IMG/VR virus record: IMGVR_UViG_3300020203_000008
Span: 72,573-136,572 of that record
Length of the DNA stretch: 64,000 nucleotides
Reading direction: 5' to 3' (one strand)
Source: a virus
The position numbers and the translations under genes are program-made. Positions 19,074 through 28,784 of this stretch are shown here, in pieces (positions within the stretch are counted from its first letter, which is position 1; each line of letters starts with the position of its first letter). The notes under the pieces were generated by a model. That model saw nothing but the letters and a program-made list of their open reading frames with translations. It was not told where the DNA came from and ran no database searches.

Positions 19074-19925
19074 ATGCAAGTGATGGATATGCTGGGGCGC
19101 ATTAGTGCCTCAAAAATGAGTACCTTCATGACCTGTCCTTTGCAGGCTAAATTCCAGTACCTGGACAAGCTTCCGAGGAAGCAGCATGCTTCGGCATCGT
19201 TCGGTACCTGTGTCCATCATGCTTTGGATTTCTATAATAATACCGGGGACCTTAATAGGTCCGTAAACGAATTCCTCGATGTTTGGGAGAATCCCGAGAA
19301 ACTAGGGGTGACTCCAGAGACCTGGCCTAAGGGTGGGACCTACGGCGGGATGCGTCAGCGTGGAATTGAGATGCTTCGTGGTTACCACGACGGTCTGAAG
19401 TGGGACACCAGAGAAGTCCTTGCCACTGAACACAAGTTTCTGGTCCCGCTGGGAGAGTTTGAAGTCACCGGATTCGTAGACCTCCTTGAGCTACGCAAGA
19501 ATAAGCGTGGCAAGTCTGAGATCCGAGTCGTTGATTATAAAACGAATAAGAAGCAACCATTCCTGAATTCGTTGCATCTTAATATTCAGTTCACCACCTA
19601 TGCTTATGCAGCCGAGCAACCTGAGTTTTGGTTAGGTAACGGTCCCGATTTTCCAGCCATGGAGAACGGGGCCTACTACTGGGAGATGTATAAGGACCTG
19701 CCGCGTCGTCCTATCTGGTATCAGCTAGAAACCCAGAAGGAGATGGACGCCGGGCTCCGAGACGACCAGGATTACATGCGTCTTTACCGGGTCTGCAAAG
19801 AGATGGCGAAGGCCGTGAAGTACGACGTGTTCATCCCTCAGATTAGTGGGGACTCCTGCGTGTTCTGTCCCTACACCGAGCCTTGTGGCATCCCGATTCC
19901 AGTTCCAGAGGAGGAAGATGAATAA
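19074..19925 (+). CDS. Cas4/RecB-like PD-(D/E)XK exonuclease
   Basis: SASK-TF-TCP, FGTCVH, GFVD...VVDYKT, QFTTY and C-terminal C-x2-C-x5-C. Confidence 0.88.
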   Translation: MQVMDMLGRISASKMSTFMTCPLQAKFQYLDKLPRKQHASASFGTCVHHALDFYNNTGDLNRSVNEFLDVWENPEKLGVTPETWPKGGTYGGMRQRGIEMLRGYHDGLKWDTREVLATEHKFLVPLGEFEVTGFVDLLELRKNKRGKSEIRVVDYKTNKKQPFLNSLHLNIQFTTYAYAAEQPEFWLGNGPDFPAMENGAYYWEMYKDLPRRPIWYQLETQKEMDAGLRDDQDYMRLYRVCKEMAKAVKYDVFIPQISGDSCVFCPYTEPCGIPIPVPEEEDE

Positions 19926-20133
19926 TAATCTGCCCAATTTCATGAGGACAGAGCATGCCCTTAATGAGAGGGGTACTCGTGCTGATGTGAAAATTGCTGT
20001 TTGCTCATCGTGTGGAACGTATGGGCTTGTTGACACGGAGAACATTAAATGTGCTTGTGAACATAATCATCCACTAGCTCAGCGAGACTACGGTTGTCGT
20101 CTCGGATACTGCAAAAGGAATGGTAGTAAATGA
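19918..20133 (+). CDS. Small Cys-rich hypothetical protein
   Basis: ATG 19918; CxxC, CxC and CxxxxC; ATGA overlap with next gene. Confidence 0.5.
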   Translation: MNNNLPNFMRTEHALNERGTRADVKIAVCSSCGTYGLVDTENIKCACEHNHPLAQRDYGCRLGYCKRNGSK

Positions 20134-21113
20134 CACTTAAGACGAAGTGGACCGGCTCCTCCGAGTACGGCCGATACATTAAGATGCTGCTTGTTGGTGA
20201 TCCCGGTTCCGGGAAGACCCTTACTAGCTCTACCTTCCCCGGCGTTTACATCGCGTCGGCTGAAGGTGGTCTGATGTCGATTCACGAGAAGAACCTGCCT
20301 CATGCTGAGATCACTACGAGCGAGGATCTTTTCGAACTAAAGAACATCCTCACCAAGTCTTCTGATGTCCGTAAGTCTGAGCTTGGGGTGGATCCGCAGA
20401 CTGTAGTGATCGACACCATCGATGAGGTCCAGGGAATTCTCATTCGTGAGCGGATTGAGTCCGAAAAGTTGAGTGCCATGCGGATCCAGGATTTCGGTTG
20501 GCTTAATGAGCAGATGCAAAGCATTATCCGTGGGTTCCGTAACCTTGACCTTAATGTGGTATTTACCTGTCACGTCAAGGAAACTCGCGATGATGAGCTG
20601 GGACGCATTGTATACAAGCCCGGTTTACAAGGCGCGATCGGAGACAAGATTGCTGGCTTCGTAGACATCTCCGGCATCTTGCAAGGTAAGACACTTACGA
20701 AGATTGTGGGCAACGAGACCAAGCAAATTATCCAGCGAACGTTCAAGACTTTCCCGGACCCGCAGTACCCTTGGTTGAAGGATAGAAGCGGCAAACTCCC
20801 CGGCGATTTCTCGATTAATTTCGTGGATGACTATGCTAGGATGCACAAGCTAATCTACGGAGATTCACCGATTGTGGATAACCCCGCTCTGTCTCCGATA
20901 GAAGTGATTGGTGTGATTGGAGAGCCGGAGAAAGTGGAGCCGGAAGTAAAAGAACCTGAGCCCGAAGAGGTCGAACAGGCCACTGATGGCAAGTACGAAT
21001 GCTATAACTGTGGTGCTAATTTCGATGATGAAGACCAGGCTGAACTAAGCAAGATCAGACTTCGCAAGCTGGCATGTGCTACTTGCTACGCCGAACTTAA
21101 GAGGAAGAAGTAA
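20130..21113 (+). CDS. AAA_24 / Sak4-like ATPase (recombinase) with C-terminal Zn ribbon
   Basis: GDPGSGKT Walker A, VVIDT Walker B, VVFTCH, LKDRSG; sits between exonuclease and SSB. Confidence 0.85.
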   Translation: MTLKTKWTGSSEYGRYIKMLLVGDPGSGKTLTSSTFPGVYIASAEGGLMSIHEKNLPHAEITTSEDLFELKNILTKSSDVRKSELGVDPQTVVIDTIDEVQGILIRERIESEKLSAMRIQDFGWLNEQMQSIIRGFRNLDLNVVFTCHVKETRDDELGRIVYKPGLQGAIGDKIAGFVDISGILQGKTLTKIVGNETKQIIQRTFKTFPDPQYPWLKDRSGKLPGDFSINFVDDYARMHKLIYGDSPIVDNPALSPIEVIGVIGEPEKVEPEVKEPEPEEVEQATDGKYECYNCGANFDDEDQAELSKIRLRKLACATCYAELKRKK

Positions 21114-21115
21114 AA

Positions 21116-21619
21116 ATGACAATTCCCGTTGATGATGGTTTTACTCTGGTTGAAACTGTTCCCCCTGAGGAGGGTGAGAAGAAGGAATTCGATATCATCC
21201 CAGACGACACCATTTTGGGTGCAGTCGTTGTTAAGTCTGAGAAGGCCGTTAAGCCCTACAAGGATGACGACGGTAATCCTATAATTAAGGTTGAGTTCTC
21301 ATTCAAGGTTACGGACGAGGGCGAGTACCGCAACCGTCGCGTCTGGGGCGAGACGCCAACTACCTTCACGACGCATCCGGATTGCAAGCTTCGGGCATGG
21401 GTCCAGGAAGCTTTGGCTGTTGCTGAGCTACCGAAGGATTTCACTTTCAACCTTGCCGACCTTAATGACCAGCCGGTACGTGTGGTTGTAGGTGTGCGTT
21501 CTTGGACAGATAAGAGCACCGGCAATTTGCAGGAACGCAACTACGTCAAGGACGTGATTCGCGATCGCGACCATGCTGAGGCTGTTGCGTCTGCTGTGCC
21601 CGAGGAAGAGCCCTTCTAA
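21116..21619 (+). CDS. Single-stranded DNA-binding protein (putative)
   Basis: OB-like beta pattern; acidic C-terminal EEEPF; follows Sak4-like gene. Confidence 0.7.
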   Translation: MTIPVDDGFTLVETVPPEEGEKKEFDIIPDDTILGAVVVKSEKAVKPYKDDDGNPIIKVEFSFKVTDEGEYRNRRVWGETPTTFTTHPDCKLRAWVQEALAVAELPKDFTFNLADLNDQPVRVVVGVRSWTDKSTGNLQERNYVKDVIRDRDHAEAVASAVPEEEPF

Positions 21620-21621
21620 TC

Positions 21622-22107
21622 ATGGGCACGACAATTGAGCAGGTAATGGAGATAGCCTTAGAAGTGGCTACCCAGAGTCCTGATCCCTCAACGCAGAACG
21701 GTGCTGTCATCATCTCGGAAAAGCGGGGTGTGATGGTCCATGACTGCAACCGTTTCCCGGATGGTGTCCAATACTCAGATGAACGTTGGGAACGCCCAGC
21801 GAAATATGAGTATGTGGAACATGCGGAACGCGGATCTGTGTTTAAGGCAGCCAGATTAGGTATTCCAACAAATAATGCAGTGATGGTTGCGGTATGGGCT
21901 GCCTGCTCAGACTGTGCCAGGGCTATTGTACAGTCGGGCATTAAGACACTTGTCCGGGGTCCTAACGGTGGGGCAGCCCATTGGGATGGTTCAATTTCCA
22001 TTGGTGACACCATCCTATTGGAGGGCGGAGTCAACATCGTGGACTTGGATCTCTCGGATTTCAAAATCCCCACCCTGAGAAGGAATGGGGAGGTGTGGAT
22101 CCCATGA
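21622..22107 (+). CDS. dCMP deaminase
   Basis: S-DPSTQNGAVI, HAE and C-x2-C zinc motifs. Confidence 0.9.
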   Translation: MGTTIEQVMEIALEVATQSPDPSTQNGAVIISEKRGVMVHDCNRFPDGVQYSDERWERPAKYEYVEHAERGSVFKAARLGIPTNNAVMVAVWAACSDCARAIVQSGIKTLVRGPNGGAAHWDGSISIGDTILLEGGVNIVDLDLSDFKIPTLRRNGEVWIP

Positions 22108-22310
22108 TTCATGCAGTTCATCTTAATGACGATCAGACAAATTACCTTCATGCCGATGACTTCTACTGCGAGTATGGACTGATTACTTTCGTCCGATATG
22201 AAACCGAACCTATCGATTTTCAGACAGTAGCCTCATGGCCAGTAGATCTAGTGGAATGGATAGCGGTAGACCCTGATGGCAGAGGACGTATTAGCCTATC
22301 TACACTCTAA
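22104..22310 (+). CDS. Hypothetical protein
   Basis: ATGA overlap; GGAGG RBS. Confidence 0.5.
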   Translation: MIHAVHLNDDQTNYLHADDFYCEYGLITFVRYETEPIDFQTVASWPVDLVEWIAVDPDGRGRISLSTL

Positions 22311-24204
22311 AGGTGTCGAAACTAAGCAAGCTACTGGTCCTAATGTTCATACAGCTTGCTGGTATTGCGGCGAGAGCCCAGGTAAGCGAGGTCGTTTATA
22401 TATCAATGTAGATCCTAATGCGGAACCTCCAGGTTTGTTCACCTGTTTTCTGTGTGGTCGTCGTGGGGGCCTGAATGCCATCAAAAAGCATTTCGGGGAT
22501 CCCATTACCGACTCTAAGGTCGAACGGTTCTCAGAGGTCCACAGGGTCCGTCAGGCAGCGGCTGTTTATTACCACGCGAATCTCGCTGAGCACCCTGAGA
22601 TAGTCCAATATTTACAGACTGATCGTGGTCTTACCGAAGAGACCATTAAGAAGCATCAATTAGGGTATGCAGACGGCGGACTACTTGAATTCCTGTTAGA
22701 GAAGAAGTACGACCTGGACGACATCAAGGGCACCGCGCTGGTTCAGGAACGTAACGGGAAACTTGTGGACTTCCTGGACGACGCCATCACGATTCCGTAC
22801 ATCGCGTCGGGGTCGGTGGTGAATATCCGTGGTCGAAAGATGTCCGGTGAGACCAAATACCTAACTCCACCGAAGTCAACGACCAGGCTGTTTAACACTG
22901 ACGCGCTGTTCCAGGCAGACCAAATCGTCGTTACCGAAGGGGAGTTCGATGCCCTGCTTCTGGAGCAGATGGGGTACGCCGCGGTCGGTTGTCCGGGAGC
23001 GAATGTCTGGCAGGACTCGTTCACCCAGTACACGGCCTCCGCTAAGCGGGTTTACATAGTTTTTGACAACGACTCGTCAGGTCGAGCTGGGCTGGAAAAA
23101 ATCCAGGAGCAGATCGGCCATCGGGCTAGGGGAACTACTGTTCCTCCGCTTCACGGTCCAGAGGACCACAACGACATTAGTGATTGGATCCTTCAGCAAG
23201 GCCACACGCAACAGGACTTTGAGAATCTGCTGGCCCGTACTTCAGGTGGGTTGCTGCTGACGGTAGATGATGCGATCCGTGAGTTCTCCGAGCTTCAGGG
23301 TCGAGAAGGAATCAAGTTTGGGCACGAGCTTCTTGATGTGATGATCAAGCCGGGGTTGCTGCCATCGCAGGTAATGGTGATTTTGGCGAAGACTGGCACG
23401 GGAAAAACTTTGCACCTTTTAAATACGTTCCAGTCCATGGCTATGGAGAAGCCTGACATCAAAATTTTGTTCTGTTCGTTGGAGCAGACTCGTGGAGACT
23501 GGTTCGAGCGAGCACGAAGGATTCATGGGTTTCATAACCTCGATTTGGCACCGGACTTCGAGAAGCCTGGAGATCAGTTCTACGAGCGGCTTCATGGGGC
23601 CACCTTGGATTTCTGGCGGAACAACCTCCTCATGGTGGATAAGAACAGAATGACCGAAGAGGATCTTGTGTCCTGCATCGAGGAGTATGAGGAGTACATG
23701 GGTGCCCGCCCAGATGTGGTGGCAATCGATTACCTCGGATACTGGGCGAGTTCCTTCAAGGGGAAAGACAAGTACGAGAAAGTCACAGATGCGGTGATGG
23801 CTCTTAAGGCTGTCGCTAAGGAATACCAGGTTCCGATCATTGCCCCGCATCAGGTGAACCGTGGGGCTGACTTTGGGTCAGAGTTTCAAGCTGACTCAGC
23901 TAGAGATTCGGGTGCCGTTGAAGAGACTGGTGACTTTGTGTTTGGTCTCTGGTCTCCTGATTCCCAGAAAGGTAAGAAGACAGAGGAACGCACGGGTCGT
24001 GTCCATCTTAAGATCCTGAAGTCACGACATGGTGGCAAGGGAACAGAGATTGAGTACCAATTTGCTCCCTTAACGCTTGCAATGGTGCCGATCACGAGCA
24101 TGGCCCATCGAGAAGCCCGCCATGAGTTGGAGTATCAACTGCGGAAAGACTCATGGGAGCAGGCGCTGTGGCGGCACAAGACAGGAATGCGAACCTCGCC
24201 TTGA
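22276..24204 (+). CDS. DNA primase-helicase fusion (Zn finger, TOPRIM, DnaB-like)
   Basis: CWYC...CFLC zinc finger; TEGEFDA and FDND TOPRIM; AKTGTGKT, IDYL, QVNR, KSRHG helicase motifs. Confidence 0.93.
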   Translation: MAEDVLAYLHSKGVETKQATGPNVHTACWYCGESPGKRGRLYINVDPNAEPPGLFTCFLCGRRGGLNAIKKHFGDPITDSKVERFSEVHRVRQAAAVYYHANLAEHPEIVQYLQTDRGLTEETIKKHQLGYADGGLLEFLLEKKYDLDDIKGTALVQERNGKLVDFLDDAITIPYIASGSVVNIRGRKMSGETKYLTPPKSTTRLFNTDALFQADQIVVTEGEFDALLLEQMGYAAVGCPGANVWQDSFTQYTASAKRVYIVFDNDSSGRAGLEKIQEQIGHRARGTTVPPLHGPEDHNDISDWILQQGHTQQDFENLLARTSGGLLLTVDDAIREFSELQGREGIKFGHELLDVMIKPGLLPSQVMVILAKTGTGKTLHLLNTFQSMAMEKPDIKILFCSLEQTRGDWFERARRIHGFHNLDLAPDFEKPGDQFYERLHGATLDFWRNNLLMVDKNRMTEEDLVSCIEEYEEYMGARPDVVAIDYLGYWASSFKGKDKYEKVTDAVMALKAVAKEYQVPIIAPHQVNRGADFGSEFQADSARDSGAVEETGDFVFGLWSPDSQKGKKTEERTGRVHLKILKSRHGGKGTEIEYQFAPLTLAMVPITSMAHREARHELEYQLRKDSWEQALWRHKTGMRTSP

Positions 24205-24349
24205 GGCGTACTAACAAAAGATACGGTCATTCAATTTTCCCGGTCATATCAGGAGTTTCGAGAAGCGTAGGGAAACAAAATGGAGATTCAAAGATAACTG
24301 TGTAGGTCCTCGAAGCCGATGTTAACCATTACCTTCTAGTGAGGCAATC

Positions 24350-24949
24350 ATGAAAGACGTTCTTGCGGCAACGGCATGGACGAGCAATGCCGACCTGATA
24401 GCCGACTGTGCTCGACTGAACTATCTCCAGAAAGATTGGGTCACCCTCGATCCAACTTACGGCAAGGGAAATTGGTGGACTGTGTGGCGACCGGACACTC
24501 TTATCGAGCACGACATTAAGATTGATGGAGTGGATTTTCGGAACCTGCCCTATGGGGATGGGCACTTCGATGCGGTGGCTTTTGATCCGCCATTCGTTTC
24601 GGTGGGTGGTCGTTCCACTACTGGGATACCGAAAATGCATCAAGCCTATGGAATGGATAGAGCCCCTATCTCTCCGAAGGGTGTGCAGAAGCTCATAAAC
24701 CTTGGGCTAGGTGAGGCTCACAGGGTTGTGAAGCCTAAAGGAATTGTGCTCTGTAAAGTCCAGGATTATATTTCATCAGGCAAGCTATGGCTTGGTACGC
24801 ATTACACGTTGTCCACGGCATTAGAATTGTCGTTTGAACCAATCGATCGGTTGGAGTATATCTCCGGCGTTCGTCCGCAACCTTCAGGGAGAAGGCAGGT
24901 TCATGCAAGAAGGAATCTATCGACTCTGTTTGTCCTAAGGAAGAAGTGA
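24350..24949 (+). CDS. DNA methyltransferase (amino-MTase)
   Basis: DPTYGKG SAM-binding motif and FDPPF catalytic motif. Confidence 0.8.
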   Translation: MKDVLAATAWTSNADLIADCARLNYLQKDWVTLDPTYGKGNWWTVWRPDTLIEHDIKIDGVDFRNLPYGDGHFDAVAFDPPFVSVGGRSTTGIPKMHQAYGMDRAPISPKGVQKLINLGLGEAHRVVKPKGIVLCKVQDYISSGKLWLGTHYTLSTALELSFEPIDRLEYISGVRPQPSGRRQVHARRNLSTLFVLRKK

Positions 24950-25387
24950 ATGGGATTCGTAGACACGCTAAATGCAGCCGAGGTAGATACCCCTGAGGCT
25001 TTTGCGAGGTATGTTCAAGAGACAACTGGGACTCCTTATCCCAGAGGAAAAGATATAGCAATCCTCAAGAGGGAGTTGAAGGACTTCTTCAAGCAATATC
25101 CGCACCTTAATTACATGACACTGGTTCGCACGGTGGACTGGTGTCGATCAAAGAAGCGCAGATTTGCTCACGTCTATCAGGTTGTTGGTCAGTACCGATA
25201 TGCCTGGCAGGCTGGTGCTATTCCAGAGTTTGCTGACCGTCCTAATGGTGATGAAATTCTTAATGGTCAGATTGAGAAAGCACTTGAGATAGAGCGTGAT
25301 CCTGATTGGCGTTTCCGTCTGATCGGAGCCGAGGGGGATAAGGCGCGGCGGGAGGTGTTCTTGGCGTGGCAGATCAAGGTGTCGTAA
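24950..25387 (+). CDS. Hypothetical protein
   Basis: 145-aa ORF abutting the MTase gene. Confidence 0.65.
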   Translation: MGFVDTLNAAEVDTPEAFARYVQETTGTPYPRGKDIAILKRELKDFFKQYPHLNYMTLVRTVDWCRSKKRRFAHVYQVVGQYRYAWQAGAIPEFADRPNGDEILNGQIEKALEIERDPDWRFRLIGAEGDKARREVFLAWQIKVS

Positions 25388-25539
25388 TCAAATTTCCGTT
25401 GGAGATTCAGGTGAAGTCTTGCCTTAATTGTCAGAACGTATTAATGGGTGTCCGTGGGCTGTTTTGCTGGGAGTTACGCGAAGAGATCGTGGACGACGAG
25501 ATAGCGGACCAGTGCGATTGGTATGAAAATGATTCTTAA
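25366..25539 (+). CDS. Small 4-Cys protein (57 aa)
   Basis: Not in ORF track; GTG with GGAGG RBS; CxxC...C...C. Confidence 0.5.
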   Translation: MADQGVVIKFPLEIQVKSCLNCQNVLMGVRGLFCWELREEIVDDEIADQCDWYENDS

Positions 25540-25613
25540 TTTTATTTGTCGGCTCTTCGGATGGAAGCACGTCACTCGTGCCCTTAACGAAGCATTCAGT
25601 TTAAAGGAAGACA

Positions 25614-27554
25614 GTGTTTCTACGTCAGACGTTTCTAGATGAATTCAAAGACAAGGAAGTCAATTGGGGATTTTCTTCGGGGCCTAATTCCCTGGGGGAA
25701 GTCACGTACCGTCGTACCTACAGTCGTGACGGTGAACAGTGGTGGGAGACGGTCCAACGTGTAGTTGAGGGCGTCTACTCGATCATTGGCGATCATTGTG
25801 AACGCTACTCCCTTCCTTTGGATCGGGAACTTGCGACAGAAGACGCAGAGACAATGTACCGCCTGATTTTTGACTTCAAGTTTCTGCCTCCGGGCCGGGG
25901 CCTCTGGATGATGGGGACTGATTACGTTCGAACAAGAGGCGGGGCTGCACTCAACAACTGCGCGTTTGTGAGCACAGAGAAGATCGACGTGGAGTTCGAT
26001 CGGCCGTTCCGATTCCTCATGGACATGAGCATGCTTGGTGCTGGTGTTGGTTTTGATACTCGTGGCGCTGGGAAGCTGGTGTGGTGTCCTTCAAACGGTA
26101 ACGTAATCGATGTTCAGGTGGAGGATTCGAGGGAAGGCTGGGTGGACTCGTTGAGTTCGCTATTGAAGTGGGCGTGGGGTGCTGGTGCTCAGCCGGTCTT
26201 CGATTACTCGCTGATCCGACCCAGAGGAACGAAGATTAAGGGATTCGGAGGAGTCTCCGAGGGCCCAGATCCGCTGATCAAGCTGCATCAATCTCTGTTC
26301 AAAATGATCCGAGACCGTGATGGAGAGAAGGTAACGAGCCGAGACATCACCGACATCTTCAACTTGATCGGTGTCTGTGTTGTATCAGGGAATGTCCGTC
26401 GTTCGGCTGAAATTGCGTTTGGTGAGCCGGGTGACGAGGAGTTCTTGAACCTCAAGAACTACGACCTTAATCCTGAGCGTGCCGAGTTTGGGTGGTCCTC
26501 CAACAACAGTGTGTTCGCTGAGGTTGGCATGGATTATCATGTCTTCACCGACAGGATCGTGAGCAACGGTGAACCTGGATTTGCTTGGCTCTCGAACATG
26601 CAAGCCTACGGAAGGATGGTTGATCCACCGAACAACAAGGACTGGAGAGTTCGTGGAGGTAATCCATGTTTGGAGCAGTCACTCGAACCATACGAGATGT
26701 GCTGCTTGGTGGAGACCTTCCCTTACCATCACGAAACAGTCGAGGAATATCAGCGCACACTAAAGTATGCCTACATCTACGCTAAGGCTGTGACGTTGTT
26801 GGCTACGCATTGGGAGCAGACCAATGCGGTGATGCTGAGGAACCGTCGAATCGGTACTTCGATGAGTGGCATCACCCAGTTCCTCGCTTACCGCGGGGAG
26901 AAGGAATTGGTTAAATGGTGTGAGTTAGGTTACGAGACAGTTCAACACTATGACCGTGTGTATTCCGAATGGCTTTGCATCAGAGAATCAGTTAAGACAA
27001 CGAGTGTTAAGCCATCCGGTACGGTGAGCCTGCTTGCTGGAGCAACACCGGGTTGCCACTTCCCCACCTTCCGTTACTACCTGCGAAGGATCCGATTCTC
27101 CGACACGCATCCGGATGTTGAAGCTTTCCGGGAAGCAGGTTATAATGTTGAGGTTGCTGTTAATGAACCGAACACTGTTGTTGTCGAATTCCCCGTTGAG
27201 GGCGATAGCAGAGTTAAGACTGAACGGCAGGTATCCTTGGCAGAAAAGATGAGGATTGCTACACTTCTTCAGAAGCACTGGGCTGACAATCAAGTATCAT
27301 GTACAGCCACGTTCGATCCTGAGAGGGAAGGCCATCTAATACCTGATCTGCTAATGGCATACGATTCTCGTCTCAAGGGAATCTCATTCCTACCCCTTTA
27401 TGAGGCTGGAGCTTTCCCTCAAATGCCATATGAGTCGATCACCCCGAAGCAATACGAGAAGCTAACGAAGGATCTGAAACCAATTGTCTGGCCGCAAGAG
27501 AGTGCTCATGACACCGAAGACAGATTCTGCGACGGCCCAACGTGCTCACTTTAG
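25614..27554 (+). CDS. nrdJ: Class II (B12-dependent) ribonucleotide reductase, monomeric RTPR type
   Basis: PPGRGLW, LNNC, GNVRRSA, NPCLEQ, TSVKPSGTVS and C-terminal CDGPTC redox pair. Confidence 0.93.
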   Translation: MFLRQTFLDEFKDKEVNWGFSSGPNSLGEVTYRRTYSRDGEQWWETVQRVVEGVYSIIGDHCERYSLPLDRELATEDAETMYRLIFDFKFLPPGRGLWMMGTDYVRTRGGAALNNCAFVSTEKIDVEFDRPFRFLMDMSMLGAGVGFDTRGAGKLVWCPSNGNVIDVQVEDSREGWVDSLSSLLKWAWGAGAQPVFDYSLIRPRGTKIKGFGGVSEGPDPLIKLHQSLFKMIRDRDGEKVTSRDITDIFNLIGVCVVSGNVRRSAEIAFGEPGDEEFLNLKNYDLNPERAEFGWSSNNSVFAEVGMDYHVFTDRIVSNGEPGFAWLSNMQAYGRMVDPPNNKDWRVRGGNPCLEQSLEPYEMCCLVETFPYHHETVEEYQRTLKYAYIYAKAVTLLATHWEQTNAVMLRNRRIGTSMSGITQFLAYRGEKELVKWCELGYETVQHYDRVYSEWLCIRESVKTTSVKPSGTVSLLAGATPGCHFPTFRYYLRRIRFSDTHPDVEAFREAGYNVEVAVNEPNTVVVEFPVEGDSRVKTERQVSLAEKMRIATLLQKHWADNQVSCTATFDPEREGHLIPDLLMAYDSRLKGISFLPLYEAGAFPQMPYESITPKQYEKLTKDLKPIVWPQESAHDTEDRFCDGPTCSL

Positions 27555-27891
27555 AAAAAGCGACACGCTCGAATACGAGGGCGTAACTTACTCGAAGGGT
27601 GACACCATTGAGATTACGGGCCTAGGGAAGATGTCTTTCCGTGACCACACCGTCAATGAGAAGACTGAATCTGAATGGGTGTCCGTCTTCCAGCATAACC
27701 ACGGGTCGAGGTCTTTCCATCTCGACAGAATCAAGACTTCGAAGAAGAAGACACCAACACGGGCCGCCAGCTCAAACAGCCAAACAGAAGTTTTGTGCTT
27801 AGAACACAAGACATACGGTGCGATTAGGAAGCCGCGTACGGATTGTGTCCGCTGCTGGGCTGCCTACGAGAACAGGAAAGTGGCCAAATGA
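27508..27891 (+). CDS. Hypothetical protein with C-terminal Cys/His cluster
   Basis: C-x2-H...C-x2-C; start uncertain. Confidence 0.55.
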   Translation: MTPKTDSATAQRAHFRKSDTLEYEGVTYSKGDTIEITGLGKMSFRDHTVNEKTESEWVSVFQHNHGSRSFHLDRIKTSKKKTPTRAASSNSQTEVLCLEHKTYGAIRKPRTDCVRCWAAYENRKVAK

Positions 27892-27906
27892 GCAGAAAGA
27901 TGGACA

Positions 27907-28533
27907 TTGAGACAATTTGATGGTGAAACAGTCGAGGAGTACACGGCTCGTTTCAGTGGGACGTTCGATATCGAGCCAGTAGATGGCGAAACGATCCATC
28001 GCGATGATGAAATTATGGTGGTGGTGATCGCACGAACCAAAGAGCTTGGCGTCAAGGACACTAGAAGTGGTAATACTCGACTTCAATTTGTGTTCAGTCC
28101 TAATGAGGTCAGACTCGTGTCTAAGCCGGAACTTCAGAGGACTCTGCTTCATCAACTGGGTTTCAAGGAGGAGCAGGGATTCCCTGCCATGGATGATCCA
28201 GAATTTGGGGATAAGTTACGAACGATGCTTGATGAGGGCGAACTAGGACAAGCTGGACCGCGCAGCACCGCGCCTGATAGCTCAATCGAAGTTGACGATC
28301 TGGAGGTGAGGAAGTTGCAGGAGGTGTGGTTGGCACATCGGCCGTCAACAACCGTTGATGAAGCCGAGCAGCTCATCGAGGACGAGGCGTTCCGTGCTCG
28401 TGTCGAGGAGTCTCACGCTCAGCCAGCGGAAATCGACACTTCCGATCTTCAGCCTATAGAAGGAACTCCAGTTACGGTACCTTCAGGTCCCCGAAAAGAC
28501 CAGGTTCTCGCACGATTTCTGAATGAGGCATGA
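27907..28533 (+). CDS. Hypothetical protein
   Basis: 208-aa acidic ORF in operon. Confidence 0.6.
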   Translation: MRQFDGETVEEYTARFSGTFDIEPVDGETIHRDDEIMVVVIARTKELGVKDTRSGNTRLQFVFSPNEVRLVSKPELQRTLLHQLGFKEEQGFPAMDDPEFGDKLRTMLDEGELGQAGPRSTAPDSSIEVDDLEVRKLQEVWLAHRPSTTVDEAEQLIEDEAFRARVEESHAQPAEIDTSDLQPIEGTPVTVPSGPRKDQVLARFLNEA

Positions 28534-28784
28534 TGATTCCAGATGGGACGCAAGACGTAGAGATTTTGAGCATCGGATTTCGCGATGACTTTGTTGAGAT
28601 CACCTTCGCTGAAGCACGAGACCAGAATCAGAACACAAGTTTGATTAAGGTCTTGAACTTCGCTAAAGGTTCAGTCGGCCCCGAAGTGGATGAGATGCTC
28701 TCAGACATCGTAGATATCGTAGACATCGTGCTCGACAAGCTTCGCAATATCCCCGAGCGCATTTCTGGTAGGAGAACAAATTGA
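28530..28784 (+). CDS. Hypothetical protein
   Basis: Coupled overlaps on both sides. Confidence 0.6.
   Translation: MMIPDGTQDVEILSIGFRDDFVEITFAEARDQNQNTSLIKVLNFAKGSVGPEVDEMLSDIVDIVDIVLDKLRNIPERISGRRTN

Noticed and set aside
19074-19925. CRISPR-Cas locus suggested by the Cas4-like gene
   Set aside because: No repeat-spacer array or other cas genes; context (Sak4-like ATPase, SSB) is a standard phage recombination module
25540-25613. Cobalamin riboswitch or NrdR box upstream of nrdJ
   Set aside because: Gap is too short for a B12 riboswitch and no matching consensus was seen
27889-27909. Stop-codon readthrough joining 27508-27891 to the in-frame 27907 ORF
   Set aside because: A single in-frame TGA with a plausible independent TTG start; no sign of genome-wide recoding or a suppressor tRNA
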